This document shows, piece after piece, positions 35,201 to 48,146 of a stretch of DNA of 64,000 nt. The stretch's first letter is position 1. The number at the start of each line of letters is the position of its first letter. The stretch is from Raillietiella orientalis (taxonomy: Eukaryota). The notes beneath the pieces are model-generated. The model searched no databases, had not been told where the DNA came from, and saw only the letters and a program-made list of their open reading frames with translations. The stretch spans positions 1,798,001 to 1,862,000 of the forward strand of contig JAYWIR010000002.1 in assembly GCA_036172245.1 (NCBI GenBank), given 5' to 3'. A program made the position numbers and the translations under genes.

Positions 35201-38200
35201 AGACACCGATGACAGGGCTCTTTCCGCTGTCCGGCTTCTTCTGTGTCGGAGCGAGGAGGTGGGAAGGAGTGGGAAGAAAGGTAGGCGCTTCCTCGTGTCC
35301 TCGCGCAAAAGAGAAGGGGGCTTTGGAGTTCCGGCCCTCTCTCCCCTCCCTTCTCCCCTCTCCGGACATCACGCTGAAACGGGATCGGTGGGGAAGGGGG
35401 GAGGATCCGCCGAGATCCTTCGGGAAGCCTTCGCTCTCGAGAGCTTCTCTCCCGGGGGACGGCAGCCCTCCCGGGTGCACCTCATTGCCCTGGATCATTC
35501 CCGAGAACAACCGTGTGCCTCTTCTTCCTGCCGCTAACCTCCTTTGGTGCCCCAATTCCTGGCCTCGCTCCGGGTGCTCCCGGAAGTCCTGATGGATCTC
35601 TCCTTCCTCCCTGCGTGACCGCGCGCCCCATGGAGTGGACGGACCTCCCTGATTCTCCGTGGGGGTCTCCCCGAGTCAGGGATTTCGGTATCCCTTGGGA
35701 TCGGAAACCCCCGCTCCTCTCCTTACGTCAGAGTCACTGAAGGAGGGAGTGGATTTCGGCCTATCTCCGCTCGCACTCCAAACGGGCGACCCCATTCCCC
35801 CCCTCCCCTTCTGAGTTTAGAATCCCGTATCCAGTCTCTGTACGGTCACGCATCACTCCAAGGAGAGACACCTTCCCTGCACGTCCGTCTCCAAGGAAAC
35901 CGAAAATTGGCGGGACATTGTCTGGGATGGCCCTCGCCGATTCCGTGCTTTCCTTCCGTGCGTCGAGCACCCGGGCATTCGATCCTGGACCACTTTCTTC
36001 CGGAAACTCTTTCAGGAAAGAGGTCCCCCCCCTACGTGGGATCTCACCGAAGGTTACTGGCGTCTTCCTCCTCCCCTGGAAGCGACGCGCGCGAGGGAGA
36101 TGGGTTCCTTCGCTTCCTTCCTCCTTTTCCTACCCCTGCCGCCTGCCCCGATCTCCTTCCTTCTCGAGGAAGAGAGACGTGGCGTTCGTCTTCCCTGCGC
36201 ACACGAGCCCCACCTTTCGCTGTGCGAGCCGCGCAATCGCCGGCCTCCCGCACACCGGAAGCAGCATCCTGGGAGAGGGGACTCCAAGCAGCTGCAGGAG
36301 CTGCTGCCGTTTCTGCTGCTGCTCCTCCTCTTGTCGCCTCCGCCCTTCCACCCGTCCCTTGCGCGGTCCAGAAGAGAGAGAAGCAGAGCAACAGAGAGGA
36401 AGAAGGAAATGCTCGAGGGGTTGCAGGAATTTCCCACCTCCCTCCCCAACACGCACGCACATTCCTTCTTTATTCCCGTCTCTCCTGATAGAGTCTTCGA
36501 AAGAGAGGAGAGGTCCCTTCTTCCCCCTCTCGATGGTCTCATGCGCTGGCCGAAGTGCCCCTCTGTCGCTCTGTCCACCTTACCCCCACTTACTGAGGCG
36601 GCCGCCTTCGCACACCGTCCCGAACGCGCCTGCGCGAGAAAGAGGGGAGACACCCGCGTCCATCCCACTCACCCCCCCTCAATTTTTTCCTGGACGCCGG
36701 GGTGGAGAGGAGGATGAGGGATAAGAAACTCCCTCTCTTTCTCTGACTCACCCAACCCCTTCTCATAGCATCGGAATATCTTTGCTTCTTAGGCATCCGA
36801 ATCATCACCGTGACGACGGCGACCCAGCAGCGCGACCTTCTCCCTCGTTTTGGGGGGGGGAAAGCCACCCCACGCAAGTGGGACCGCTCCGTAGGCGAAG
36901 AGAAGCCCAAGAAAGCGACAAGGATCCACCCACTCAGATCCATCCAACAAGAGGCCCTTCCCACCCCCTCCTCCAAATAGGCACATCCGACGGATTCCTC
37001 GCAGTCCTTTCTTTCGTTCCCGGAGAGAGTCCTTCCTCAGGACGGACCTCCTTCAGCCGTCAGAGAGCGAACTCTCCGGGAGACATCGGGGTAGGGGAGA
37101 GGACGCAAATCCGTAGGGCCGAAAGAAGCGTGCGGCTGCGACCACACCCATGCAAGCGATCCAGGATGAGGGCGGACAGCGAGTCCACCACTGCCGCTCC
37201 CCTTCCTGGTTCCTCTCCTCCCCGGCTCCACTGCCGACTGCCTATTCCATCCGTGGGCGCTTTCTCTCCCTCCGAAATCACACCACTTTGCCCCGGCAGT
37301 AGGGCCAGGAAGGGGGAGGCTGCCAAAGGTGGTAGCTGGGCATGGAGAGAGGAGAGGGGAGGGCAGCTGGAGGAGGGAATCGAGGTTGTTGAGAGCCCCT
37401 GTCCACCCGCACACACCAGCAGATAGGAGGACGGGCGAGGGGGCGGATAGCGGGGGAGCAGCAAGCGATGGAGCTGCGTCCGGAGACCTCGTGCAGAGCA
37501 TGGACCCAGCCGCTTCCGCGAACGTACGCCTCTCCAAGGTTGCTCACACCCCTTCGAGGAAGGAGAGGGGAGAGGATAGAGGGAGAACCGTCCGCCCCAG
37601 AGCGAGATTTTCTGGATTCTCTCGAGCTCCGGGATTCCTCAACGGGCGCGTTCTCCTCATTCGGAGTTGTCACTGGGAGGGCGTAGATGGAAGAAGGATA
37701 AAGGGGGGACTCTCCTCTCACCCTCCTTTCTTCCTCTCCTCCTCCTCTCTACCCCTTCACGAAAAGTGCACCGGCCGTCTTCCTCGAGGGATTCGGGACG
37801 ACCCCACTAGGTCGAAGAAAAAGAGGTCTTCCCTCCCCATCCCTCCGCATCCAGGGAGTCGCTGCTCAGGAAAAAGTGTAGGGAACTCCGGAAGGCTCCG
37901 AAACGCGGGGGCGGTGGGCGAACCGCCGTCTCGTGAGAACGAGGGGGCGGCGGCGAGCGTTCCCAGCACAGGTGAGAGGATCGGCCCCATCGCCGGCATA
38001 CAGCTCGTCGCATCCCCTCCCCCAGTAGTGCGGCCTTTTACGTGCCGACAGGTGTCGCGCCCTCCTGCCTGCCCACACCGCTGCCACCACCAGTGGATTC
38101 TCCGCCCGCGTGTCAGCAGCGTGTACGCGTGGACCTCCTGTGGGTCCGAGGCTGCTGGCCGCCGAATCCTCGTGGATGCTCGTCATCCACGTTCTGCACG

Positions 38201-41200
38201 CGCGGAGGACCACGAACGTGCGTGCGTGGGGCGGTCGGCACCCAGGCGGCAGGGTGAAACTCTGGATGGCTCTGTGGGAAAAGGGCGAGCGGCAGTTCGG
38301 GGGCGTAGGCGGGCGCCTGCTACCGATCGTCTTCCGAGGGCGATCGGAGCCGTGCGCCTGGAAGGATCGAACTTGAAGTTCCCCGGAGGACGGGAGGAGG
38401 AGTCGAGCTACAGCAGCAGGTACCTTCTCGTCAAGATGATGGAGGTGCTCTGGGCCGCCCGGCCGTGAGGAAACGACATCTGCCGTCCTCCTCTGGACCA
38501 AACCGTTGGAGCGCGAGCATGAGTTTCACGCTCGCGCTCCGGTTCATAGAAGGCGCGCGCGCGATCGCGCGCGGCTGGCGCGTTTTGTGAGCTCCATCTT
38601 GCGCAGGGAGCCCCGAAACTGCTCTCCGGCGAGCTTGGTGGCTTGCAGGGGAAGTTTCCGGCTGGTCCCCTAACCAACGAAGGGGTAGACCTTCGTTGGG
38701 CTACTCACCGCCAGCTAGAATGGATGTAGAGCTGCTGGACCACTCCACAGATAGAATACACCGATAAAACACGTATTGACAGATAGGGAGAAAGACTAGT
38801 CAACAACCAACCAACAATTGCACATCTTCCATCACACTCACTAGAATGATTCCACAGTGCTCCTGCCACAATTCATTCGTTCTCAGAACTACCATCTATA
38901 TTCTAATATGGCAGAATTAATGCATTGGACTTAGAATCCACTAATAATACTTAGTAATAACCCCACTCATATTCCAAAACTCATATCCCCCCCCCCATAG
39001 AACATCTCCTCATACTACACGACTACAACATAACTATCTTAATCACCATATACATAGACTTCATGGACACATGGATGTAAGACGCAGAATAGAATATGTA
39101 GATGGAGTAGAACATGCGAACTGAATGAAAGACCTAGTTTGATGGGAGGAGAGGGGGTGAGGGATCAGTGTTGTAGGCCACGTAGGTGGAGAATGCAGTT
39201 CGGAGTTCTTGTCAGGAGAAAAACGAGCCTCGGGGAATGGAGGGGCCTCGGAGAGAACGTCAGCAGCTCCCACCCCACCACTCCGTGACTTCATGTGGCC
39301 ACGAGCTTAATGGACGATGAGACCAGGAATGGGAGGAAAAGAAAGACGGGAGCTTCCAGGGATTTAATGCACAGTCACGAATGCGAGTTCCTTACGGGGT
39401 CCTCCCCCTTGAGAAGGAGGAAGAGGAGAGGGGAGAGTCTGCAGCTCGGGAAGCGAACGCTGGAGGCTGCGCGCAGGTGATGGGGAGGCGGACGCGGGAA
39501 CGACGGGAGGACGCGGTCCGTCAACGGCGGGTGTCCAAAGGCGATCCAGAACTTGGACGCCAGAATGGCTCGCTTGCAAACTGGGCACCCGTCACTCGAG
39601 CAAAGGTAGTACTTTGCGCGAGAGGAAGCCGCCGGCCCACGGCGGCGCTTGGCGGGGTTGGCCCTGAGGAGGTGGTTGGCACCACCCGCGGAAGATCGGC
39701 GCTCCTCACTCATCGTCGGGGAGACGAGCAGGGTCCAAAGAGTTCGGGGAAGGCGTGCGCTCGCCTGGCTGTCCTGCCCGAATCGTCTGCGCCCCCTCTT
39801 GTAAGAGAAAGAAGGGAACATCCTGAAGTCCCGCGGATGATTTACGGGGGAAGACTGGAGTCGATAAGAAGGGGGCAGAAAAAAAAAAAAAAAAAAATGG
39901 AGGTTCTGGAGGAAAGAGGGGAGGAGGGGGCGAACAGTGTGATGGGGAGTCCTTTTGCGCACTTTTCGAGGTGAGGGCGCGCGAAGAAGCTGTTCGCGGA
40001 TCCCCCGCCTCCGAAGACCTCAAGTCTCTTCGAGGCAGCGGGAGCTGCTCCGGGTGGACGTCGCCGTTCCCGGACGTTCCTCACAGTGACTTGCCGATTT
40101 TGCAGGAGGGCGGGAAGACGCTCCTCCCTCCACTTCCCTCCTTTCTCTTTCGTTCTTCTGCACGCACGGGGTGATGCCGTCCGTGTGCTCATCTGCGCTG
40201 GATCTTCGAGAGTGGATGCCAGCGCCGCCTGTTCGGTGAGAGAGAAGGAAGTGGGAGGGGAAGAGTTTGAGGAGAGAGAGACTGAGGGGGATAGAAGGGA
40301 AGGACATCGGGGAGGAGGGGTAGAGGGAGGAAATTGAGGGAATCGGATAGAGGGAGGAGGAGACCGAGGAAAGGGAGATAGGGGTAGGGGGCAGAGGGGG
40401 AAGGGTGTGAGGGGTAGAGGGTAGAGGAGGAACGAGATGGCTGAAGGAGATCGAGGAGAAAGAGACTATGGGGAGGAGGAGATAGAGGGTAAGGGGGTAG
40501 AGAGGGACTCTTCGTGTGTCCTGGGAGGAGGCGTTCCCCTTTCCGAGCTCTCGACATTTGTATGACCGGATGCAGGGCGCGCGCCCGGTCAGGCTGGGTG
40601 AGGCACCGCATTGCCTTTGGCAGCATCAACAGTGACGTAGCCGAGTCTGACTAGCGGTTCTCTCCAGGGTGATGACTGCAGATTCGTTCCGGAGTATCCG
40701 CGTCCATCACTCCTTCCTCCCACCCCCTTCCCCTTCCCCTACCCCCATCGCCACTGGCACGCACCCGCCGCGCCGGAAGTCGCCCGCCGAAAGCAGGGAA
40801 CGACTCTTCGCTCCGGCGTCATCGACGGGCTGCCCGGAGACCCTGCGAGAGCCGGAGCGGGCGCCGCCCGTCCCGGCGCGAGCCGCACGACCGGGTGTCG
40901 CACCCTCGTGATCGCAGGGCGAAGGCGACGCTGAAGGGCGGGGGTGAGAGAAGAGGGAGGGGAAGCGAACGTCTGCGAGCGCGAGGCAACCGTGCGGGGA
41001 TGCTCGTCCGTATCTCTTCGTCTCCAGGGTCTGACAGCCAGGGGTTTGAGGTTTGACATGCCTCCTTGATCCAAGACATGTCGGTGGTAAGGATGCGGAT
41101 GTGCAGATAGGGAAGCAGGAGATCCCGGTGATTCGGGGATGCCTGCCGATCGAGCGCGAGGAGGGAAGCGCACGGGATGCGGAAAATTTTCGCGTAGGCG

Positions 41201-44200
41201 GTGCTGTCGTCCGCGTTGTGAGAAGAGCTGGAAAAGGGGAGGGAAAAAATAAAACAAAATAGAAAAGGAAAGGGAAGGGGGGGGATAGTCCTCGGAGTAT
41301 GAGGAGGAGGACAACGACGGAGACGATGTCCTCTGCCTCCTCAGCCGTCTTCCGTCCCGCGCATAACGAAGCGGAAGCACCCGATTCCAGCTGAGGAGGA
41401 AGCACCGGCTGGGTTTTCATTATTATTATCATTATTAGTTCGGAAAGGAGGGCGGGAAGAGGGAGAGGCAACGACCTTGTTCTGCCGTCAAGCCGATGCG
41501 AGCTGGGCGGGCCATGTCTCTTCCGCGTGGGCTCTGCAGCACAGCCGTCCGTTCGAGAGAGAGGGAAGGGGGGAGACAGCGCGTCCTAGCGAGTTGCAAA
41601 CGAAGAGGAAAGGAAAGGTGGGGGAGGGGGGGGACAGGTCAGCACGCGATCCCGTCAATCAAAAATCCCGAACTCGTCCGGGATTTTTGATTGACGCTTT
41701 CCCTAACAGTTGGCTTTCGAGAGTTTCGTCGCCGCCGCCTACTCGATGGGACGGCGCGGTAGCATAGTAACGGCGGCAACGCCGCAGCTTAGTGGACACG
41801 CGTGCGTACCTCGAAATCGAGCCGAAATCGTCCCTGGTGGCGCGGCGATTGAACTTCCATCCTCCTGCTACTATGTGACGGACCCTCCGGACGAAGCCAA
41901 AGCCATCCCCGATCCTTCCTTTTCGGTTTTCACTCCACCAGCTGGAAGGGAACCGCGAAGGACGTGGAATTGATGGGCACGAGGGAAGACACTTGCAGAT
42001 TCCAGCGATCTCCAGGGAAGACTCATTACAGTACCTTCAATTCGCTTAAGTGTGAGAGAATTCCGGAGAGGAGATTAAATCGGAATCGGACGCTGTGCGA
42101 CCGAATTGGGCTTCGTGGAGATCGGATGCAATCAGTTGAAGCGGGGTGTGATCAACACCGCAAAAAGATAATTTAAATTTGTTTGCTCTGAACCAGAGAG
42201 CAGAATGGCTTCTGCAAAGTCATCCTGCGAGCCATAACGGCCTCCACGCGCCAATTAGATGGCGCCTCGGATACCTCTTCAGAGAGTTTTCGAGATCCCA
42301 TCAATGGGAAAAGTGGTCTGATCAATTAGAAGACGAAATGAAGCAAAGGGTTATCCAGCTATGGATGCTGCACCCAATCCCATTGGCCGAAAAGGGCGAG
42401 GGACAAGTACGAAGCGATCTGTTTGATCCCGAATTTTCCCTCTCTTCCTTTGCTTCGTTTTCGACTCCTCTTCTGTTTCCCTGGCGCCTCTGATTGCGTC
42501 GCTGTTTTGATCTCATGGCCGGGTTTGAACTTTTTTGCGACTCCACGGTCGCAAAAAGCGGAGCATGGGAATCAAGATGGATCGGTTGCATGCATCCAGG
42601 CAATCGTGTGGAAACGGAGCACCATGAATCAGAAACGGAATCACATATAGGGAAATGAGCACGTCGCAATCAAACTCAAGTTAAGAGAGAGACGACTCGT
42701 GTCTCTCGGTTGGCCCTTACGAGATCGATTGAGAAGGAAGACGAAAAGAAACACACACGCACACAAACATGAGTGTCTGTGGAGGGAAAACTAATTTTCG
42801 CTGTCCCCCCAAAAAGACACGCTTTTGGTTGTTTTTCATGATTGCATTTTTTTTTTTATTATTATTATTGTTGTATTTTTAACATTGGCCGCGTTTAGCG
42901 GATGCTTTCCAGCAGCTGACTTATTCGCGTTTCCGGCGTCAAAAATGGAGGACCTCTCGCCTCCAGTCGGTGCGAGCTTTCACTTTCCGCAGGAATTGCG
43001 TGAAGAGCACCTTGGTCGCAGCGCCTGGCCGTCCGTCTCCTGGCCGACGATCTCTTTCCCGGTGGAAACCTCTCGATGGATCGACCGGACGGCTGAGCGC
43101 CACTTTCCCCGGGATGGACCGCGAAGGCGGTCCATCCGCACCCAGGGCAAGTGGCGCTCTCCCAAGGTCGCCTCGAAGCCTCGTCCCGATGGAAGCGCCC
43201 TGCACCCCCTACGGGAAATGATGACGAGACCATGCCCCCTGACACGGAGGAATAGCGGCGCCTCGACCCTCGTTGCGGAACTCCCGCATCCTCCTCCCCT
43301 TCTGTGACTTCCCTCTTCCTCTTCCCCTCTCCTCCTCGGAGGTGCTCCGTGGGTTCCACCTACGGCACAGGGCATTCTGTGCGCCGCTGGCGAGTGAGGA
43401 GGAGAGAAGGGGGCAGCCAAGGCCGACACCTCTCCATTCTCCCCCCCTCCCCCTTTTCCGTCCGTGTTTGTCTGCACGTTGCAGTTTGCCCATGGAGCAG
43501 CTTCTTCCCTTTCTCCTCCTCCCGTACTCTCTTCCTCCTTATCACCACCATCAAGCTTTTTTTATCATTCCTGCGGCAAGCTGGGCGAGCCCCACACCCC
43601 CGGTCTGATCCAGAAAAATCGATCCCGGAGGAAGGAAAAACGGGGCGCCGCCGATACCTCGTCCCGGGAAGCCCCGGGAATACTGACGAGCTAGCGGAGC
43701 GACCGCAGGGCAGGCGAGCATGACCTCGGGGTGACACCCGCGTCCCCCCGTGGAAGCGTCCTCCCCTCCGAAAAGGGGCGCGCGAGGACGCGGTGCGGCA
43801 GAGTGGCTGCCTTGGCAGCACTCGCGAAGGGCGCGGCTTCGAAGTACGCCCTCGCTTCCTTCCCTCCTTCATCGCGCCACATGCCCGCGCCAGCGACTCC
43901 GTCCTCCTGGCAACTCTCTCCTCGTTCCCCAATGAAAACACAGCTCCGGTCCGCGGCCCCAAGTCGGAGCATCCTACCTGCGGAAGGCGGGAGCACGAGA
44001 GGGGCCGGAGTGTGGAGGTCCCGAGTGAGAAAGCAGGCGTCGATGCCCCGTTGCCAGCTGCCTCTCCTACCCTTCCCCAGGTCTCCTCCGGGAGAGCGAC
44101 TTCTGCTTCCCTCCCGCCCCTGAGCGCGCGCGAGGGCGGGTCTACAAGGGACCCTTCCCTTGGCGTCCTATCTGGAACGTCGGCCCCCTCCGCCCCGAAT

Positions 44201-47200
44201 CAGAACCCCAGCTGCAAGCTCGATCTGCTCCCCCTCTCATCCCCCCCTGCTCCCAGCCCCAACTTTCAGCGAGACCTTCCAGAAATTCGTGCGGCTCCTC
44301 CTCCACTCTACTCACAAGGAGAAAGGGCGTCCCTTTTCCTTCTTTTTTTTGTTTTCTGTCTCTCGCCCCCTGGTCCTCCTGAGAGCCATCCGTCCCGGTC
44401 ACACCCGTCTCTTGCCCCGCCTTCCCGTTCCCTTCCCCTTGTTCGAGGCAAGCGCCCACTCCACCGCAGGAAAACCCGGAACGCAAGCAGGGAGCGAAGA
44501 GGGCGAAGGGGACCATGTGCTCGACCCCTTCTCCCCCTCCCCTTTCCCTTATCCCTCCTCGCTACCGTTCCTGGTCTCCGCGTTTTCCATCCCTGGCACT
44601 TTCCTCTCTAGGGAGATGCCCACCACAAAGAAAGGCAGGACCTGTGCCGCCGCTCCCCGCACCCATCCCCAGGCAGGCGGCGGCTCCATGACTTCACCAC
44701 CCTGCTGTGACCTCCTCCTCCCCCCTTCCCCTCCTCCCGTCGTCCCTGAGCGCACCAGCCTCCCGACTCCCCTCCCAGCAACCGACAAAGAAACTTCGCG
44801 GGGATTCCAGGGAATTCCTGCCCTCACCCTAACCCCGCGCTTTGAGAACGCCCCTTTACTGCCTCAAAGCGCCTGAGAAAACCCAGGTGAACCCTTCCGC
44901 ACCTATCCCTCGGGAACGAAAGAGGTCTAGGATGAAGCATACCACCCCTCATGTCCTCCGGTTTAGCTCGGAGAGAGAGGGCTCACCTCCCTGTCCCCTT
45001 TTCTCTTCTGCACGCCGAGGTCACCCTCGGCTCTTCCCCTAGTCCTGGAGGTTTCGCTCCCTCCCTTCTTTTCCAGACGCGACCAGCCGGAAGTACCCGC
45101 TCCTGGAATTTTCCCCTCCTCTGGACAGCCTGAAGGACTTCCGCTTCCAGTCAGTGGTCCTGTGGCTGGAGATCAGGTTCCGCAACCCGTTCGTGAAGCA
45201 CTTCCGGAAGCTGCTCCTGGGCCACCGCATCGTCATCTACGTATTCCTGGTGAAGAAGCAGGAGGGCTCGAGCGCGATCCGCATGGAGGTGAGTCATCCC
45301 CCGCCCTAGGGGGATACGGGAGGTAGGAGGGAGTTCTCTCCCCTCTCATCCCCTTCCCGTCCTTTCCCCGTGGTGGCTCCTGTCCGCCGTGGCGAAGGGG
45401 AGGAGATAGCCCTCGGCCGCGCCTGGCCTTGCGTGCCCCGTGGCCGCCGCGAGCAGCAGCCCGCAGGCAGGGAAGATCCCGAGGTTGAGTACCGTCCGCC
45501 CGGAATCACGGAGGGAGCGGGTACGACCCCCCGGAGGGGAGTCGGATCCGAGTCGATCGCTGTCGCGCCGTCCCGTAAGAAGGAAAAAGAAGGAAAGAAA
45601 AGGATCCAGAAGGAACGGGAGAGCGGAGGCCCTCCAAGGATTCTTCCCACTCCTCCGACGGGACGTTCTGAACGGAGACCTCTCGGTGAAGGAGGCCGAT
45701 GCGAGGGGGCAGGGCAGACAGAGTGGGAGTATCCCCGAGGGGTCGCGGTTCCTCCGTGAGTGCACGTTCGCTTCCTCCATCTTCCCCCTCCCCCTTCTCC
45801 CCCGTCCCTCGTTTCCAGAAACCCCCAGAAGTAGGAGAACCCCTTCCTCGCATCGCGTAACCTCCCCGAAGGGCCCGGAGAGAATCCGCAGCGCTATCTG
45901 GGCGCAGCCCTCTGGACAGCTGATCGCAGCCATGGACCGGAACCCTCCAAGCGCCCGCTCCCCGGCAAGGTACCCGCGACACGCGACTTTCTGCCTCCAG
46001 AGGAACCCCAGCGGTGCGCGAGCAGAGAGAGGATGGGAGTGGAGGTCACCGTTCTCTGGGAGCGATCGGGAAAGCGCCGGGAAAATTCGCTTTCCTCCCT
46101 CTCCCGAGATCCGAAGGAGGGAGATGGCATGTCGTTCTCCCGGGTCACGGGTGATTCCCGAGGCAGTCGCCTCCCACCCTCCAACGAAAATTCGTACGGG
46201 AACAGCTATCCGCATCGCGTGCCCTCCCTCCATCCTGGATGAACGGGATCGGGCTCATTGCCCTCCAGGCAGTCCGATGAGGAGGAGATTCTACCCGCGC
46301 CCCGCCCATCCTCCTCTGAACACCGCCTCCAGCAGCCCTCCCCCCTCCTACCGCAGCGAAGGCTCTGGTAGAGGTCGCCCCTCTGTCAGCCGTGGGCCTC
46401 CAAGAGGGAGGGGCACGCCCCGCCCACCCAGCTCTTGTCGGCTGTCGGCGGAAACATTCCCTCCCCGCCTCTTCCTCCTCCTCAAAGACTCGCGCCCTTG
46501 AGGGCTGCGCAAGAGGCGGCCGCCGTCCCCGAGAGGCAGCCTGTGGCCGTCGAAGGAGGACGCAGGCCGTCGTTGCACCGCCTCCCAAAGCCGTCGCGTT
46601 CCATCGGCTGCTGCGGTGGCTTTGCCGGACACTCCCTCCCGTCCCCCTTATCTTCCCCTGAAAGCCCGGTGGCTGTAGCCAGGCGGCGTTCCCTCTTCGC
46701 CGTCTGTCACCGAGAAGGGAAGTAAACGGCGTGTGAACGCGGCGGCTGCCGCCGCTGCAGTGATACCGGGTCCCCTTTCCTTCCTCTTACTCCTCTCCTC
46801 TTCTTTCTCCCCCCCCCCTCCCCCTCCTTTCCTCCCTTTCCTTCGTCGCCTTCATTTTTATGCGATAGGAAAGCCGCTCCTCGCCAGGACTCATCCCGAT
46901 CAGACCTATAAAAGGAAAATACACGCCATGTCGCCGGGAGTACCGCTCGCCACACGAGCTCATGTGAGCCGCCGCGTCCTGCCGGCTCGGAACCGTCGTC
47001 TCTAAGCCGGGCAGCCAGCAGCACAGGCGAATCGATAAACAGCGGCAGAGCAGCCCGGAGTTGGTAGGGTCGGAAGGAAAGGGGGGGAGCGGCGCTGCGG
47101 CCTCGAGAAATGCACAGAAGGGCAAGGAAGCGGGGGGGGGGGGGGAGGGAGGAAGGGAGGGAGACGCGCACGCGTGCGCGCCACGGGACGGCCACGAGCG

Positions 47201-48146
47201 CGCGCGCGTGGGCAGCGGAACGGCCCCAGACGGCAGAGGCGCTTCGGCAAACACGGAAGGACATGAGGCAGACTGCGCTCTCCGGGTGCATCCGCTGATG
47301 TCCTTGGCGAAGGAGGCTCGGGAGGAACATTGCCACGGAGAGAGGAGGGAGGTGGGAGGCTGGTGTCCAGACTCTATTCCTTTGCCCCATGGGTTCTTGC
47401 CTGACGGGAAGAACTGGCAGCGAGGTCCCCCCGTTCTCTTCCCTCCCTCGCGACCCTCCGCAGTGCGCGCACTTCCCGGCGCACACTCTCCCTCCCTTTC
47501 CGACTGGAGTCTCGTCGTTCGCGAGGCTCCTTCTTCCTGTTGTCTTTTCCAGCGTCTCCTGGGATCCCTGAAGCTGTCTCTGAGGGAGCTCGGCTGGAAC
47601 AGGATCGACATGACTGAAGGGGCAGAGCGGTGGCTGGGCTCCGGGAAGATTTCCCTGCTGGTCGACTGCTCCGGGTGCGGCAGCCTGGTGGAAACCCGCT
47701 TCCCCGAACCCGACACCTCCTCCTCCTCCTCCTCGGGGAGCACCCTCTTCTCCCCGCTCCTCGTCATCGGTGTGAGGACCTCCCGAAGACGACGCGGCCG
47801 CCGGGCGACAGAGTGCGGCGGGAGGACGTCCCTGTGCTGCCGCAGGCGCTTCTATATCAGTTTCAAGCAGCTCGGCTGGGACGATTGGATCATCGCCCCA
47901 GGCGGCTACCATGCGAACTACTGCGCGGGAGACTGCAACGCCCCTTTCAAGTCGCCGGACATCCTAGCCTACTATCACACGCAGCTCGTGGAGGAGTACA
48001 AGCAGAGGGAGATCTCCCCTTCCCTGCCCCAGTGCTGCGCCCCTACCAAGCTGTCCTCCATGTCGCTCATCTATTATGACCAGAGCTACAACATCATCAA
48101 GAGGGATCTGCCGGACATGGTGGTCGAAGAGTGCGGGTGCGCCTGA
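31728..48146 (+). CDS. Actbeta: Activin-beta / inhibin beta chain-like TGF-beta family ligand precursor, 3 exons, ~439 aa
   Basis: Exons 31728-32241 (phase 1 donor), 45077-45288 (phase 1 to 0), 47553-48146 (sum 1320 nt). Signal peptide MRWLFLVLLCHPSALAG, N-terminal CxxC (GCSEC), prodomain motifs RILRVLGMQQRPNV and EFITFA, VDCSGC, furin site RRRRGRR. Mature domain has 9 Cys (ATEC..CC..WDDWIIAPGGYHANYCAGDC..CCAPTKLSSMSLIYY..NIIKRDLPDMVVEECGCA), the activin-type pattern, closest to recalled arthropod Actbeta. Confidence 0.9.
32103..32153 (+). repeat. Coding (GAY)17 microsatellite encoding poly-Asp
   Basis: GACx9 GAT GACx6 GAT in frame within activin exon 1. Confidence 0.95.
40238..40508. repeat. 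Low-complexity polypurine (G/A-rich) tract
   Basis: ~270 nt dominated by G and A with many GGG/GGGG runs and very few C. Confidence 0.8.
45077..45288 (+). CDS. Actbeta: Activin-beta exon 2 (prodomain), not represented in the ORF track
   Basis: Strong acceptor CCCTTCTTTTCCAG and donor GAG|GTGAGT. Open frame (D)ATSRKYPLLEFSPPLDSLKDFRFQSVVLWLEIRFRNPFVKHFRKLLLGHRIVIYVFLVKKQEGSSAIRME with marked GC3 codon bias; phases bridge exon 1 and exon 3 exactly. Confidence 0.85.
47553..48146 (+). CDS. Actbeta: Activin-beta exon 3 (end of prodomain, furin site, mature cystine-knot domain)
   Basis: Acceptor TGTCTTTTCCAG; 9-cysteine TGF-beta domain ending CGCA-stop. Confidence 0.95.
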   Translation, partial: RLLGSLKLSLRELGWNRIDMTEGAERWLGSGKISLLVDCSGCGSLVETRFPEPDTSSSSSSGSTLFSPLLVIGVRTSRRRRGRRATECGGRTSLCCRRRFYISFKQLGWDDWIIAPGGYHANYCAGDCNAPFKSPDILAYYHTQLVEEYKQREISPSLPQCCAPTKLSSMSLIYYDQSYNIIKRDLPDMVVEECGCA

